This document shows positions 1 through 7,076 of a stretch of 12,972 nt of DNA, piece by piece. Below the pieces are notes generated by a model. The model was not told where the DNA came from. It saw nothing but the letters and a program-made list of their open reading frames with translations, and did no database searches. Source of the DNA: a virus (Duplodnaviria > Heunggongvirae > Uroviricota > Caudoviricetes); the IMG/VR virus record IMGVR_UViG_2728369185_000003; one strand, written 5' to 3'. Made by a program: the position numbers and the translations under genes. How positions within the stretch are numbered: the stretch's first letter is position 1; every line of letters starts with the position of its first letter.

Positions 1-736
1 TGAAGGCGATGTATGCAGCGACGATTGAAAGTGAACTTGATACCGAAAAGGCCTTTGAATATATCGCCGGTGCGCCGCAGGGGCAGAAGGATAATCCGCT
101 TATTAATATTCTGGATAAGTTCTCCACCTGGTATGACACGAATAGCGTGACGCTGGGCGGTGTCAAAATTCCGCACCTTTTCCCCGGTGATGATCTGAAA
201 CTTCAGACCGCGCAGGATTCAGACAATGGATTTTCGGCGCTTGAACAGGCGCTGCTGCGGTATATCGCCGCCGGTCTTGGCGTTTCCTACGAACAGTTGT
301 CCCGTGNNNNNNNNNNNNNNNNNNNNNNNNNNNNNNNNNNNNNNNNNNNNNNNNNNNNNNNNNNNNNNNNNNNNNNNNNNNNNNNNNNNNNNNNNNNNNN
401 NNNNNNNNNNNNNNNNNNNNNNNNNNGTTTGATTTTTATCAGGCGCGATCAGCCTGGTCACGGGCTGAGTGGATTGGAGCCGGAAGAATGGCCATTGACG
501 GGCTCAAGGAGGTTCAGGAATCAGTGATGCGCATTGAGGCCGGACTGAGCACGTATGAGAAAGAGCTGGCGCTGATGGGCGAGGATTATCAGGACATTTT
601 CCGCCAGCAGGTCAGGGAATCTGCAGAGCGGGAAAAAGCCGGACTCTCACGTCCGGTGTGGATAGCGCAGGCGTATCAGCAGCAGATAGCGGAGAGTCGC
701 AGGCCGGAAGAGGAGACAACACCACGTGAGACGTAA
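1..736 (+). CDS. B: Portal protein, 3' portion (5'-partial; interrupted by a 120-nt N-run at 307..426)
   Basis: Frame-0 ORF runs from the window edge to 306; after the N-run the reading continues in a different frame (ORF 488..736, ending PRET-stop at 734..736). Residues such as ESVMRIEAGLSTYEKE and QQVRES match my recollection of the C-terminus of lambda gpB. Position immediately upstream of the C protease gene fits lambda order. The frame change across the gap means the N-run length is not exact. Confidence 0.8.
307..426. other. Assembly gap (120 N) inside portal gene
   Basis: Run of N; portal reading frame differs before and after it. Confidence 0.95.
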
Positions 737-2233
737 TCTTTCACACATTATTGCAGCAGCATTCAATGAACCGCTGCTTCTGGAGCCCGCCTATGCGCGG
801 GTTTTCTTTTGCGCGCTGGGGCGCGAGATGGGGGCAGCAAGTCTTTCGGTACCGCAACAGCAGGTACAGCTTGATGCTCCCGGGATGCTGGCTGAAACGG
901 ACGAGTACATGGCCGGAGGTAAACGACCGGCCCGTGTTTACCGGGTGGTGAACGGTATTGCGGTACTGCCGGTGACCGGCACGCTGGTGCACCGGCTGGG
1001 GGGGATGCGGCCATTTTCCGGAATGACTGGCTATGACGGCATTGTCGCCTGTCTTCAGCAGGCAATGGCAGATAGCCAGGTGCGGGGCATACTGCTGGAC
1101 ATTGACAGTCCGGGCGGGCAGGCCGCCGGCGCGTTTGACTGCGCTGACATGATTTACCGCCTCCGGCAGCAGAAGCCGGTCTGGGCACTGTGTAATGACA
1201 CGGCCTGTTCTGCGGCCATGCTGCTGGCGTCGGCCTGCTCCCGACGGCTGGTTACCCAGACATCCCGTATCGGTTCCATTGGCGTGATGATGAGCCATGT
1301 CAGCTATGCCGGTCATCTGGCGCAGGCCGGTGTGGATATCACGCNNNNNNNNNNNNNNNNNNNNNNNNNNNNNNNNNNNNNNNNNNNNNNNNNNNNNNNN
1401 NNNNNNNNNNNNNNNNNNNNNNNNNNNNNNNNNNNNNNNNNNNNNNNNNNNNNNNNNNNNNNNNNNNNNNNNTTACCGGTCTGTCTGTTGATGCAGTCAC
1501 GGGAACAGAGGCCGCTGTTTTTGAAGGTCAGTCCGGCATTGAGGCCGGGCTGGCGGATGAATTAATCAATGCGTCGGATGCCATCAGTGTGATGGCCACG
1601 GCGCTGAACAGTAATGTCAGAGGAGGCACTATGCCGCAATTAACTGCAACGGAAGCCGCCGTGCAGGAGAACCAGCGAGTGATGGGGATCCTGACATGCC
1701 AGGAAGCGAAAGGACGTGAACAGCTTGCCACGATGCTGGCAGGACAACAGGGCATGAGCGTTGAACAGGCCCGGGCGATTCTGGCCGCGGCGGCACCGCA
1801 GCAGCCGGTGGCATCCACGCAGAGTGAAGCCGATCGCATTATGGTGTGTGAAGAAGCGAACGGTCGTGAACAACTGGCGGCAACGCTGGCGGCGATGCCG
1901 GAGATGACGGTGGAAAAAGCCCGCCCGATCCTGGCGGCTGCACCACTGGCGGATGCCGGGCCCTCGCTTCGTGATCAGATCATGGCCCTGGATGAGGCAA
2001 AAGGGGCAGAAGCGCAGGCTGAAAAACTGGCGGCCTGCCCGGGAATGACCGTGGAGAACGCCCGGGCTGTGCTGGCTGCGGGATCAGGTAAGGCCGAACC
2101 GGTCTCTGCATCCACAACCGCCCTGTTTGAACATTTCATGGCGAATCATTCACCGGCAGCGGTGCGGGGTGGCGTGTCACAGACGTCAGCAGACGGTGAT
2201 GCGGACGTGAAAATGCTCATGGCCATGCCATGA
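726..2233 (+). CDS. C: Head maturation protease / scaffold, S49 (ClpP/SppA-like) family, gpC-like; interrupted by a 128-nt N-run at 1345..1472
   Basis: GTG start at 726 overlaps the portal stop by 11 nt. N-terminal part (AAFNEPLLLEPAYARVFFCAL, GIAVLPVTGTLV, GILLDIDSPGG, CSAAMLLASA, RLVTQTSRIGSIGVMM) closely resembles lambda gpC as I recall it. After the gap the protein continues in frame 2 (from 1475, TGLSVDAVTGTEAAVFEGQSGIEAGLADELINASDAISVM) into ORF 1589..2233. The 726..1565 track ORF tail after the gap is a wrong-frame artefact. Confidence 0.85.
1345..1472. other. Assembly gap (128 N) inside C gene
   Basis: Run of N; C reading frame is 0 before and 2 after. About 43 codons of the protease domain are missing, judged against my recollection of lambda gpC. 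Confidence 0.95.
1631..2233 (+). CDS. nu3: Nu3-like internal scaffolding protein, in-frame C-terminal product of C
   Basis: In-frame ATG at 1631 preceded by AGGAGG at 1621..1626. In lambda the Nu3 scaffold is translated from an internal start in the C frame. The product is Ala-rich and carries three tandem motif copies. Exact start is unverified; ATG 1589 is an alternative. Confidence 0.55.
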   Translation: MPQLTATEAAVQENQRVMGILTCQEAKGREQLATMLAGQQGMSVEQARAILAAAAPQQPVASTQSEADRIMVCEEANGREQLAATLAAMPEMTVEKARPILAAAPLADAGPSLRDQIMALDEAKGAEAQAEKLAACPGMTVENARAVLAAGSGKAEPVSASTTALFEHFMANHSPAAVRGGVSQTSADGDADVKMLMAMP

Positions 2234-2269
2234 AGTCAGTGCTGACCATCAATAGGAGGTTTTTACAAT

Positions 2270-2617
2270 ATGGTGACGAAAACCATCACTGAACAGCGTG
2301 CGGAAGTACGTATTTTTGCCGGTAATGATCCGGCTCATACCGCCACAGGCAGCAGCGGGATTTCTTCTGCAACACCGGCTCTGACGCCCCTGATGCTGGA
2401 TGAAGCCACCGGGAAACTGGTGGTCTGGGATGGACAGAAAGCCGGTAGTGCGGTTGGCATACTGGTACTGCCGCTTGAAGGCACAGAGACGGTGCTGACC
2501 TATTACAAGTCGGGGACCTTTGCGACGGAGGCAATCCGCTGGCCTGACAGTGTGGATGAACACAAAAAGGCAAATGCCTTTGCCGGCACAGCCCTGAGTC
2601 ACGCGGCTCTGCCGTAA
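2270..2617 (+). CDS. D: Head decoration protein gpD-like
   Basis: 115-aa ORF with AGGAGG RBS upstream. Motifs NDPAHTAT, TPLMLD, KLVVWDG, AVGIL, YYKSGTF and AFAGTA match lambda gpD as I recall it. Sits between C and E. Confidence 0.9.
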   Translation: MVTKTITEQRAEVRIFAGNDPAHTATGSSGISSATPALTPLMLDEATGKLVVWDGQKAGSAVGILVLPLEGTETVLTYYKSGTFATEAIRWPDSVDEHKKANAFAGTALSHAALP

Positions 2618-2674
2618 CACGTTATCAGGCCACCATGGTGACCTGACTGATTTCTGAATGAAAGGAACTGATTT

Positions 2675-3709
2675 ATGGGATTGTTTACGACCCGCCAGTT
2701 ACTCGGTTATACCGAACAAAAAGTGAAATTCCGTGCGCTGTTTCTGGAGCTGTTTTTCCGCCGTACGGTGAATTTCCACACCGAAGAGGTGATGCTGGAC
2801 AAAATTACCGGAAAAACGCCGGTGGCGGCCTATGTCTCCCCGATCGTTGAAGGAAAAGTGCTTCGCCATCGCGGTGGTGAAACCCGCGTGTTACGTCCGG
2901 GCTACGTCAAGCCGAAACACGAATTTAATTACCAGCAGGCGGTTGAGCGCCTTCCTGGTGAAGNNNNNNNNNNGGCTCAGCTGAACGACCCGGCCTACCG
3001 TCGTCTGCGTATCATTACCGATAACCTCAAACAGGAAGAGCACGCCATTGTCCAGGTGGAAGAAATGCAGGCGGTGAATGCCGTGCTGTATGGCAAATAC
3101 ACCATGGAAGGGGATCAGTTTGATACTGTCGAGGTGGATTTCGGGCGCTCTGAAGGAAATAACATTGAGCAGGCTGACGGTAAAAAATGGTCTGAGCAGG
3201 ACCGTGATACGTTTGATCCGACGCATGATATTGACCTCTACTGCGATCAGGCCAGCGGCCTTGTGAATATCGCCATTATGGACGGTACGGTCTGGCGTCT
3301 GCTGAATGGCTTTAAGCTGTTCCGCGAAAAACTGGATACCCGTCGCGGCTCAAATTCACAACTCGAAACGGCAGTGAAAGATCTGGGCGCAGTGGTGTCC
3401 TTCAAGGGGTATTACGGCGATCTGGCCATTGTGGTGGCGAAAACGTCTTATGTGGCAGAGGACGGTACCGAAAAACGTTATCTGCCGGAGGGCATGCTGG
3501 TGTTGGGGAATACGGCGGCAGAGGGGATTCGTTGCTATGGTGCCATTAAGGATGCACAGGCGTTGTCTGAAGGAGTGGTGGCTTCTTCCCGTTACCCGAA
3601 ACACTGGCTGACCGTGGGCGATCCGTCCTGTGAATTCACCATGACGCAGTCCGCTCCGCTGATGGTGCTGCCGGATCCGGATGAGTTTGTGGTGGTACAG
3701 GTGAAATAA
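2675..3709 (+). CDS. E: Major capsid protein gpE-like (contains a 10-nt N-run at 2964..2973, frame preserved)
   Basis: 344-aa ORF. Strings YVSPIV, PGYVKPKHE, DPAYRR, VEEMQAVNAVLYGKYTMEG, LDTRRGSNS.LETAVKDLG, RYPKHW and EFTMTQSAPLM.LPDPDEF match lambda gpE. Confidence 0.95.
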   Translation: MGLFTTRQLLGYTEQKVKFRALFLELFFRRTVNFHTEEVMLDKITGKTPVAAYVSPIVEGKVLRHRGGETRVLRPGYVKPKHEFNYQQAVERLPGEXXXXAQLNDPAYRRLRIITDNLKQEEHAIVQVEEMQAVNAVLYGKYTMEGDQFDTVEVDFGRSEGNNIEQADGKKWSEQDRDTFDPTHDIDLYCDQASGLVNIAIMDGTVWRLLNGFKLFREKLDTRRGSNSQLETAVKDLGAVVSFKGYYGDLAIVVAKTSYVAEDGTEKRYLPEGMLVLGNTAAEGIRCYGAIKDAQALSEGVVASSRYPKHWLTVGDPSCEFTMTQSAPLMVLPDPDEFVVVQVK

Positions 3710-3716
3710 TCCGTGA

Positions 3717-3746
3717 GCGGGGGCGAAATGCCCCCGTGTCTTTTTT
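3717..3746 (+). terminator. Intrinsic-terminator-like hairpin just downstream of the major capsid gene
   Basis: GCGGGGGC (3717..3724), loop GAAAT, GCCCCCGT (3730..3737; 7 Watson-Crick pairs plus a G-U closing pair), followed by a T6 run at 3741..3746. Lies between the E stop (3709) and the FI start (3761). Confidence 0.4.
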
Positions 3747-3760
3747 CACAGGAGGCTGAG

Positions 3761-4144
3761 ATGGCAACAAAAGAAGAAAATCTGAATCGTCTTCGTCAAC
3801 TGGCTGACCTGCTGGGGCGCGAGGCGGATATGTCGGGGAGTGCTGCGGATATTGCTCAACGTGTGTCTGAGTGGGAAGAGGAGCTTGCTGTTTCCCCGGA
3901 GGGCATTATGCACTCTGATGAGAGCGGGGCTGATCAAAATCACACAGACGATGGTGAGCAGTTGAACAACACGGATGCTCCGGATGATGTTAAAGCCGTC
4001 CGGGTACGGAAGTGCCTGCAAGTAATGGGGTATTGCCCGGAGACAGGTCGTCCCGTTGAGCTGGCGTTACGGGGTATGCGTGTTCTGGTGCCATCATCAC
4101 TGGCAACGGCCATGATACAGCACGGAACGGCTGAATATGCGTGA
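3761..4144 (+). CDS. FI: FI-like DNA-packaging / head completion protein; lambda-like N-terminus, divergent C-terminal domain
   Basis: ATG at 3761 preceded by GGAGG at 3751..3755. The track ORF starts at an upstream GTG (3713) that lies inside the hairpin and is less likely. N-terminal helix (MATKEENLNRLRQLADLLGRE) resembles lambda FI, followed by an acidic linker. Stop overlaps the FII start. Confidence 0.7.
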   Translation: MATKEENLNRLRQLADLLGREADMSGSAADIAQRVSEWEEELAVSPEGIMHSDESGADQNHTDDGEQLNNTDAPDDVKAVRVRKCLQVMGYCPETGRPVELALRGMRVLVPSSLATAMIQHGTAEYA

Positions 4145-4490
4145 TTTTCAGAATGCCTTTGATGCTGCCCTCGCCGGGGTAGACAGTACGATCGTTGAAG
4201 TGATGGGGCTCTGTGCGCAGTTCACCTCGGGGGCACAGTGTGGCAGCGAAGTTCAGGGGGTTTTTGATGATCCGGAGTCGCTGGGGTTTGCCGGTGGCGG
4301 GGTCCGTATTGAAGGAAGCAGCCCGTCATTATTTGTGCGGACGGATACGGTTCGTGCCGTGCGGCGTGGTGACACGCTGACCATTAATGGTGAGATATTC
4401 TGGGTGGATCGTGTTTCTCCGGATGACGGGGGCAGCTGTTATCTCTGGCTCAACCGTGGTCAACCACCCGCAGTTAACCGGCGACGATAA
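4137..4490 (+). CDS. FII: Head-tail joining protein gpFII-like
   Basis: 117-aa ORF. GVFDDPE, GSSPSLFVRTD, RRGDTLTI, FWVDRVSPDDGGSC.LWL and PPAVNRRR match lambda FII. Confidence 0.9.
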   Translation: MRDFQNAFDAALAGVDSTIVEVMGLCAQFTSGAQCGSEVQGVFDDPESLGFAGGGVRIEGSSPSLFVRTDTVRAVRRGDTLTINGEIFWVDRVSPDDGGSCYLWLNRGQPPAVNRRR

Positions 4491-4505
4491 ACGCAGGGTG
4501 AAATT

Positions 4506-5039
4506 ATGGCGATAAAAGGGCTTGATCAGGCGATTGACAATCTGAGCCGGGTTCGTAAAAACGCCATTCCGGCGGCTTCAGCAATGGCCATTAACCGCGT
4601 GGCCACAACGGCGATTAATCAGTCTTCATCACAGGTTGCCCGGGAGACAAAGGTTCGCCGGAAACTGGTTAAGGAACGGTCCAGACTGAAACGGGCGACG
4701 GTCAGAAATCCGAATGCCAGAATTATCGTTAACCGCGGTGATCTCCCTGTGATTAAGCTGGGGATCAGGATGCTGGGGCGTCGCCCGAACAGCATACTTA
4801 AAGCCGGTCAGCATCGGTATCAGCGGGCATTTATTCAGAGATTAAAAAATGGTCGCTGGCATGTCATGCAGCGTGTGGCCGGGAAAAACCGTTACCCCAT
4901 TGATGTGGTGAAAATCCCGATGGCGGCCCCACTGAAACAGGCATTTGATGAGAATGTTGACCGTATCCGGCGTGAACGCCTGCCTAAAGAACTGGCATAC
5001 GCGCTGAAACAACAACTGAGGATTGCAATAAAACGATGA
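4506..5039 (+). CDS. Z: Tail completion protein gpZ-like
   Basis: 177-aa ORF. MAIKGL, SQVARETKVRRKLVKER.RLKRATV, NRGDLPVIKLG, LKNGRWHVMQRVAGKNRYPIDVVKIPMA and RIRRERLPKEL match lambda Z. Confidence 0.9.
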   Translation: MAIKGLDQAIDNLSRVRKNAIPAASAMAINRVATTAINQSSSQVARETKVRRKLVKERSRLKRATVRNPNARIIVNRGDLPVIKLGIRMLGRRPNSILKAGQHRYQRAFIQRLKNGRWHVMQRVAGKNRYPIDVVKIPMAAPLKQAFDENVDRIRRERLPKELAYALKQQLRIAIKR

Positions 5040-5431
5040 AACACACTGACATTCGTGCCGCAGTGCTGGATGCACTCGAGCAGCATGAACACGGGGCGAC
5101 GCTGTTTGATGGTCGCCCCGTTGTTTTTGACGAAGAGGATTTTCCTGCGATCGCGGTTTATCTGACGGATGCAGAGTATACCGGTGAAGAGCTGGATGCA
5201 GATACCTGGCGGGCCACGCTGCATATTGAGGTGTTTTTACCGGCACAGGTACCGGATTCAGAGCTTGATCAGTGGATGGAAAGCCGGATTTACCCGGCGA
5301 TGACCGCGATCCCGGCACTGGCAGGACTGATTACCACGATGGTTACGCAGGGCTATGAGTATCGTCGTGATGACGATATGGCGTTATGGAGTTCTGCAGA
5401 TCTGACTTATTCCATTACATACGAGATGTGA
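5036..5431 (+). CDS. U: Tail terminator protein gpU-like
   Basis: 131-aa ORF with ATGA overlap to [54 protein letters not shown] and [14 protein letters not shown] match lambda U. Confidence 0.92.
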   Translation: MKHTDIRAAVLDALEQHEHGATLFDGRPVVFDEEDFPAIAVYLTDAEYTGEELDADTWRATLHIEVFLPAQVPDSELDQWMESRIYPAMTAIPALAGLITTMVTQGYEYRRDDDMALWSSADLTYSITYEM

Positions 5432-5438
5432 GGACGAT

Positions 5439-6191
5439 ATGGCAACACCAAATCCCCTTGAGCCGGTAAAAGGTGCCGGTACCACTCTGTGGGTTTACAA
5501 CGGCAAGGGTGATGCTTATGCAAACCCGTTGTCAGACGATGACTGGCAGCGACTGGCTAAGGTGAAGGATCTGACGCCGGGCGAGATGACGGCAGAATCC
5601 TACGATGATAACTACCTGGATGATGAAGACGCGGACTGGACCGCGACCGGGCAGGGGCAGAAATCTGCAGGTGATACCAGTTTTACGCTGGCCTGGAAAC
5701 CGGGAGAGGAAGGCCAGAAAGGGCTTATAGGCTGGTTTGAAAGCGGCGATGTCCGGGCCTATAAAATCCGTTTTCCGAATGGCACGGTGGATGTGTTTCG
5801 TGGCTGGGTCAGCAGTATCGGTAAGGCCGTGACGGCGAAAGAAGTGATCACCCGCACGGTGAAAGTCACTAACGTGGGTAAACCTTCTGTAGCGGAAGAA
5901 CGCAGCAAAATTACGCCGGTCAGTGCGATTAAGGTGACGCCGACATCCGGTACGGTGGCAAAAGGGAAAACAACCACCCTGACGGTTTCTTTTGAGCCGG
6001 AAAGTGCAACCGACAAGACGTTCAGAGCGGTTTCCGCCGATCCGTCGAAAGCCACCATTAGTGTGAAAGATATGACAATTACGGTAAACGGCGTGGCGAC
6101 AGGTAAGGTGCAGATCCCTGTGGTGAGCGGAAATGGTCAGTTCGCCGCAGTGGCTGAAGTCACCGTTACTGAAGCGGGCGCTGCAGGGTAA
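5439..6191 (+). CDS. V: Major tail tube protein gpV-like with C-terminal Ig-like (Big_2-type) domain
   Basis: 250-aa [75 protein letters not shown] and [40 protein letters not shown] match lambda V. The C-terminal part ([26 protein letters not shown]) is the Ig-like region. Confidence 0.95.
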   Translation: MATPNPLEPVKGAGTTLWVYNGKGDAYANPLSDDDWQRLAKVKDLTPGEMTAESYDDNYLDDEDADWTATGQGQKSAGDTSFTLAWKPGEEGQKGLIGWFESGDVRAYKIRFPNGTVDVFRGWVSSIGKAVTAKEVITRTVKVTNVGKPSVAEERSKITPVSAIKVTPTSGTVAKGKTTTLTVSFEPESATDKTFRAVSADPSKATISVKDMTITVNGVATGKVQIPVVSGNGQFAAVAEVTVTEAGAAG

Positions 6192-6204
6192 ACGGAGGTA
6201 ATAC

Positions 6205-6636
6205 ATGTTTCTGAAAACAGAACAATTTGAATATAACGGTGTGTCTGTCACGCTTTCCGAATTGTCTGCGCTGCAGCGTATCGAGCATCTTGCCCTCCTG
6301 AAACGGCGTGCAGAACAGGCAGAATCCTGCGGCAACCTGCAGGTAAGCGTGGAAGAGCTCGTCAGAACCGGCGCGTTTCTGGTGGCGATGTCCCTGTGGC
6401 ATAACCATCCACAGAAAACGCAGTCACCGTCAATGAATGAGGCCGTGATGAAGATAGAGCAGGAAGTGCTCACCACCTGGCCTGCCGATGCCATTGCCCG
6501 GGCGGAAGACGTGGTGTTGTGCCTGTCCGGGATGATCGAAGCTGTTCGTCCGGATACTGATATTACTGAAGTGGCGAAAAATAACACGCTGACTGATGAT
6601 GATTTTTCTGCGGGAAAGTCTTCGACGGCGAGCTGA
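6205..6636 (+). CDS. G: Tail assembly chaperone gpG-like
   Basis: 143-aa ORF with GGAGG RBS. MFLKTE, VTLSELSALQRIEHLAL, RTGAFLVAMSLWHNHPQKTQ.PSMNEAV and QEVLTTWP match lambda G. Confidence 0.92.
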   Translation: MFLKTEQFEYNGVSVTLSELSALQRIEHLALLKRRAEQAESCGNLQVSVEELVRTGAFLVAMSLWHNHPQKTQSPSMNEAVMKIEQEVLTTWPADAIARAEDVVLCLSGMIEAVRPDTDITEVAKNNTLTDDDFSAGKSSTAS

Positions 6637-7076
6637 ACTTTGCCCTCAGACTGGCGCGTGAGATGGGGAGACCCGACTGGCGCGCCATGCTTGCCGGGAT
6701 GACATCCACCGAATATGCCGACTGGCACCGTTTTTACCGCACGCATTATTTTCAGGATACCCAGCTGGATATGCATTTTTCCGGGCTGACGTACGCTGTA
6801 CTCAGCCTGTTTTTTTGCGATCCGGATATGCATCCCTCTGATTTCAGTCTGCTTGTCCCCCGGCATGAGGAAGAGCAGGTGGAGAGGCCGGATGAGGACA
6901 AAATGCTGATGCAGAAAGCGGCAGGACTTGCCGGAGGCGTCCGGTTCGGTGGGGACGGAGGGCGCGATATTTTATCGTCTGCGGATGTGGCGGATGTCAT
7001 GGTGGATGATGCCGCATTAATGATGGCTTCAGCGGGGATTCCGGGAGGTGTGAGATATGTCCCAGCCGGTTGGTGA
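6205..7076 (+). CDS. T: G-T fusion tail assembly chaperone made by -1 frameshift; T portion about 6617..7076
   Basis: The -1 frame after the slippery site reads LNFALRLAREMGRPDWRAMLAGM.STEYADWHRFY.THYF and GLTY.VLSLFF.DPDMHP, matching lambda gpT. T has no independent start near the shift point. Stop at 7074..7076. Confidence 0.85.
6612..6618 (+). promoter_or_regulatory. -1 programmed ribosomal frameshift slippery heptamer G GGA AAG (G to G-T)
   Basis: GGGAAAG sits in the X XXY YYZ register relative to the G frame (codons gga 6613..6615, aag 6616..6618), near the 3' end of G. The -1 frame continues without a stop into ORF 6663..7076. This is the same heptamer and geometry as the lambda G-T frameshift. 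Confidence 0.85.

Noticed and set aside
219-461. Track ORFs that run through N-runs (219..461 minus, 226..432 plus, 1297..1491 plus)
   Set aside because: They exist only because N codons translate as X without stops; no real coding evidence.
741-1316. Minus-strand ORFs (741..1316, 763..1188) and + strand ORF 751..951 inside C
   Set aside because: They overlap the strongly supported protease gene in alternative frames, with Pro/Arg/Ala-rich low-complexity translations typical of GC-rich out-of-frame reading.
2631-2640. Perfect 10-bp palindrome CACCATGGTG in the D-E intergenic region
   Set aside because: Too short to assign a function; could be a small mRNA hairpin or chance. No flanking repeats suggesting an operator or mobile-element end.
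3713-3760. GTG start at 3713 for FI proposed by the ORF track
   Set aside because: It sits inside the terminator-like hairpin and lacks an RBS; ATG 3761 with GGAGG at 3751..3755 is the better start.
5532-6866. 444-aa ORF on the minus strand spanning V, G and T
   Set aside because: It lies entirely antisense to three well-supported lambda-like genes. Its translation is Arg/Cys/Ser-rich and low complexity, as expected from reading GC-rich coding DNA in reverse, and no recognisable motif is present. Treated as a spurious antisense ORF.
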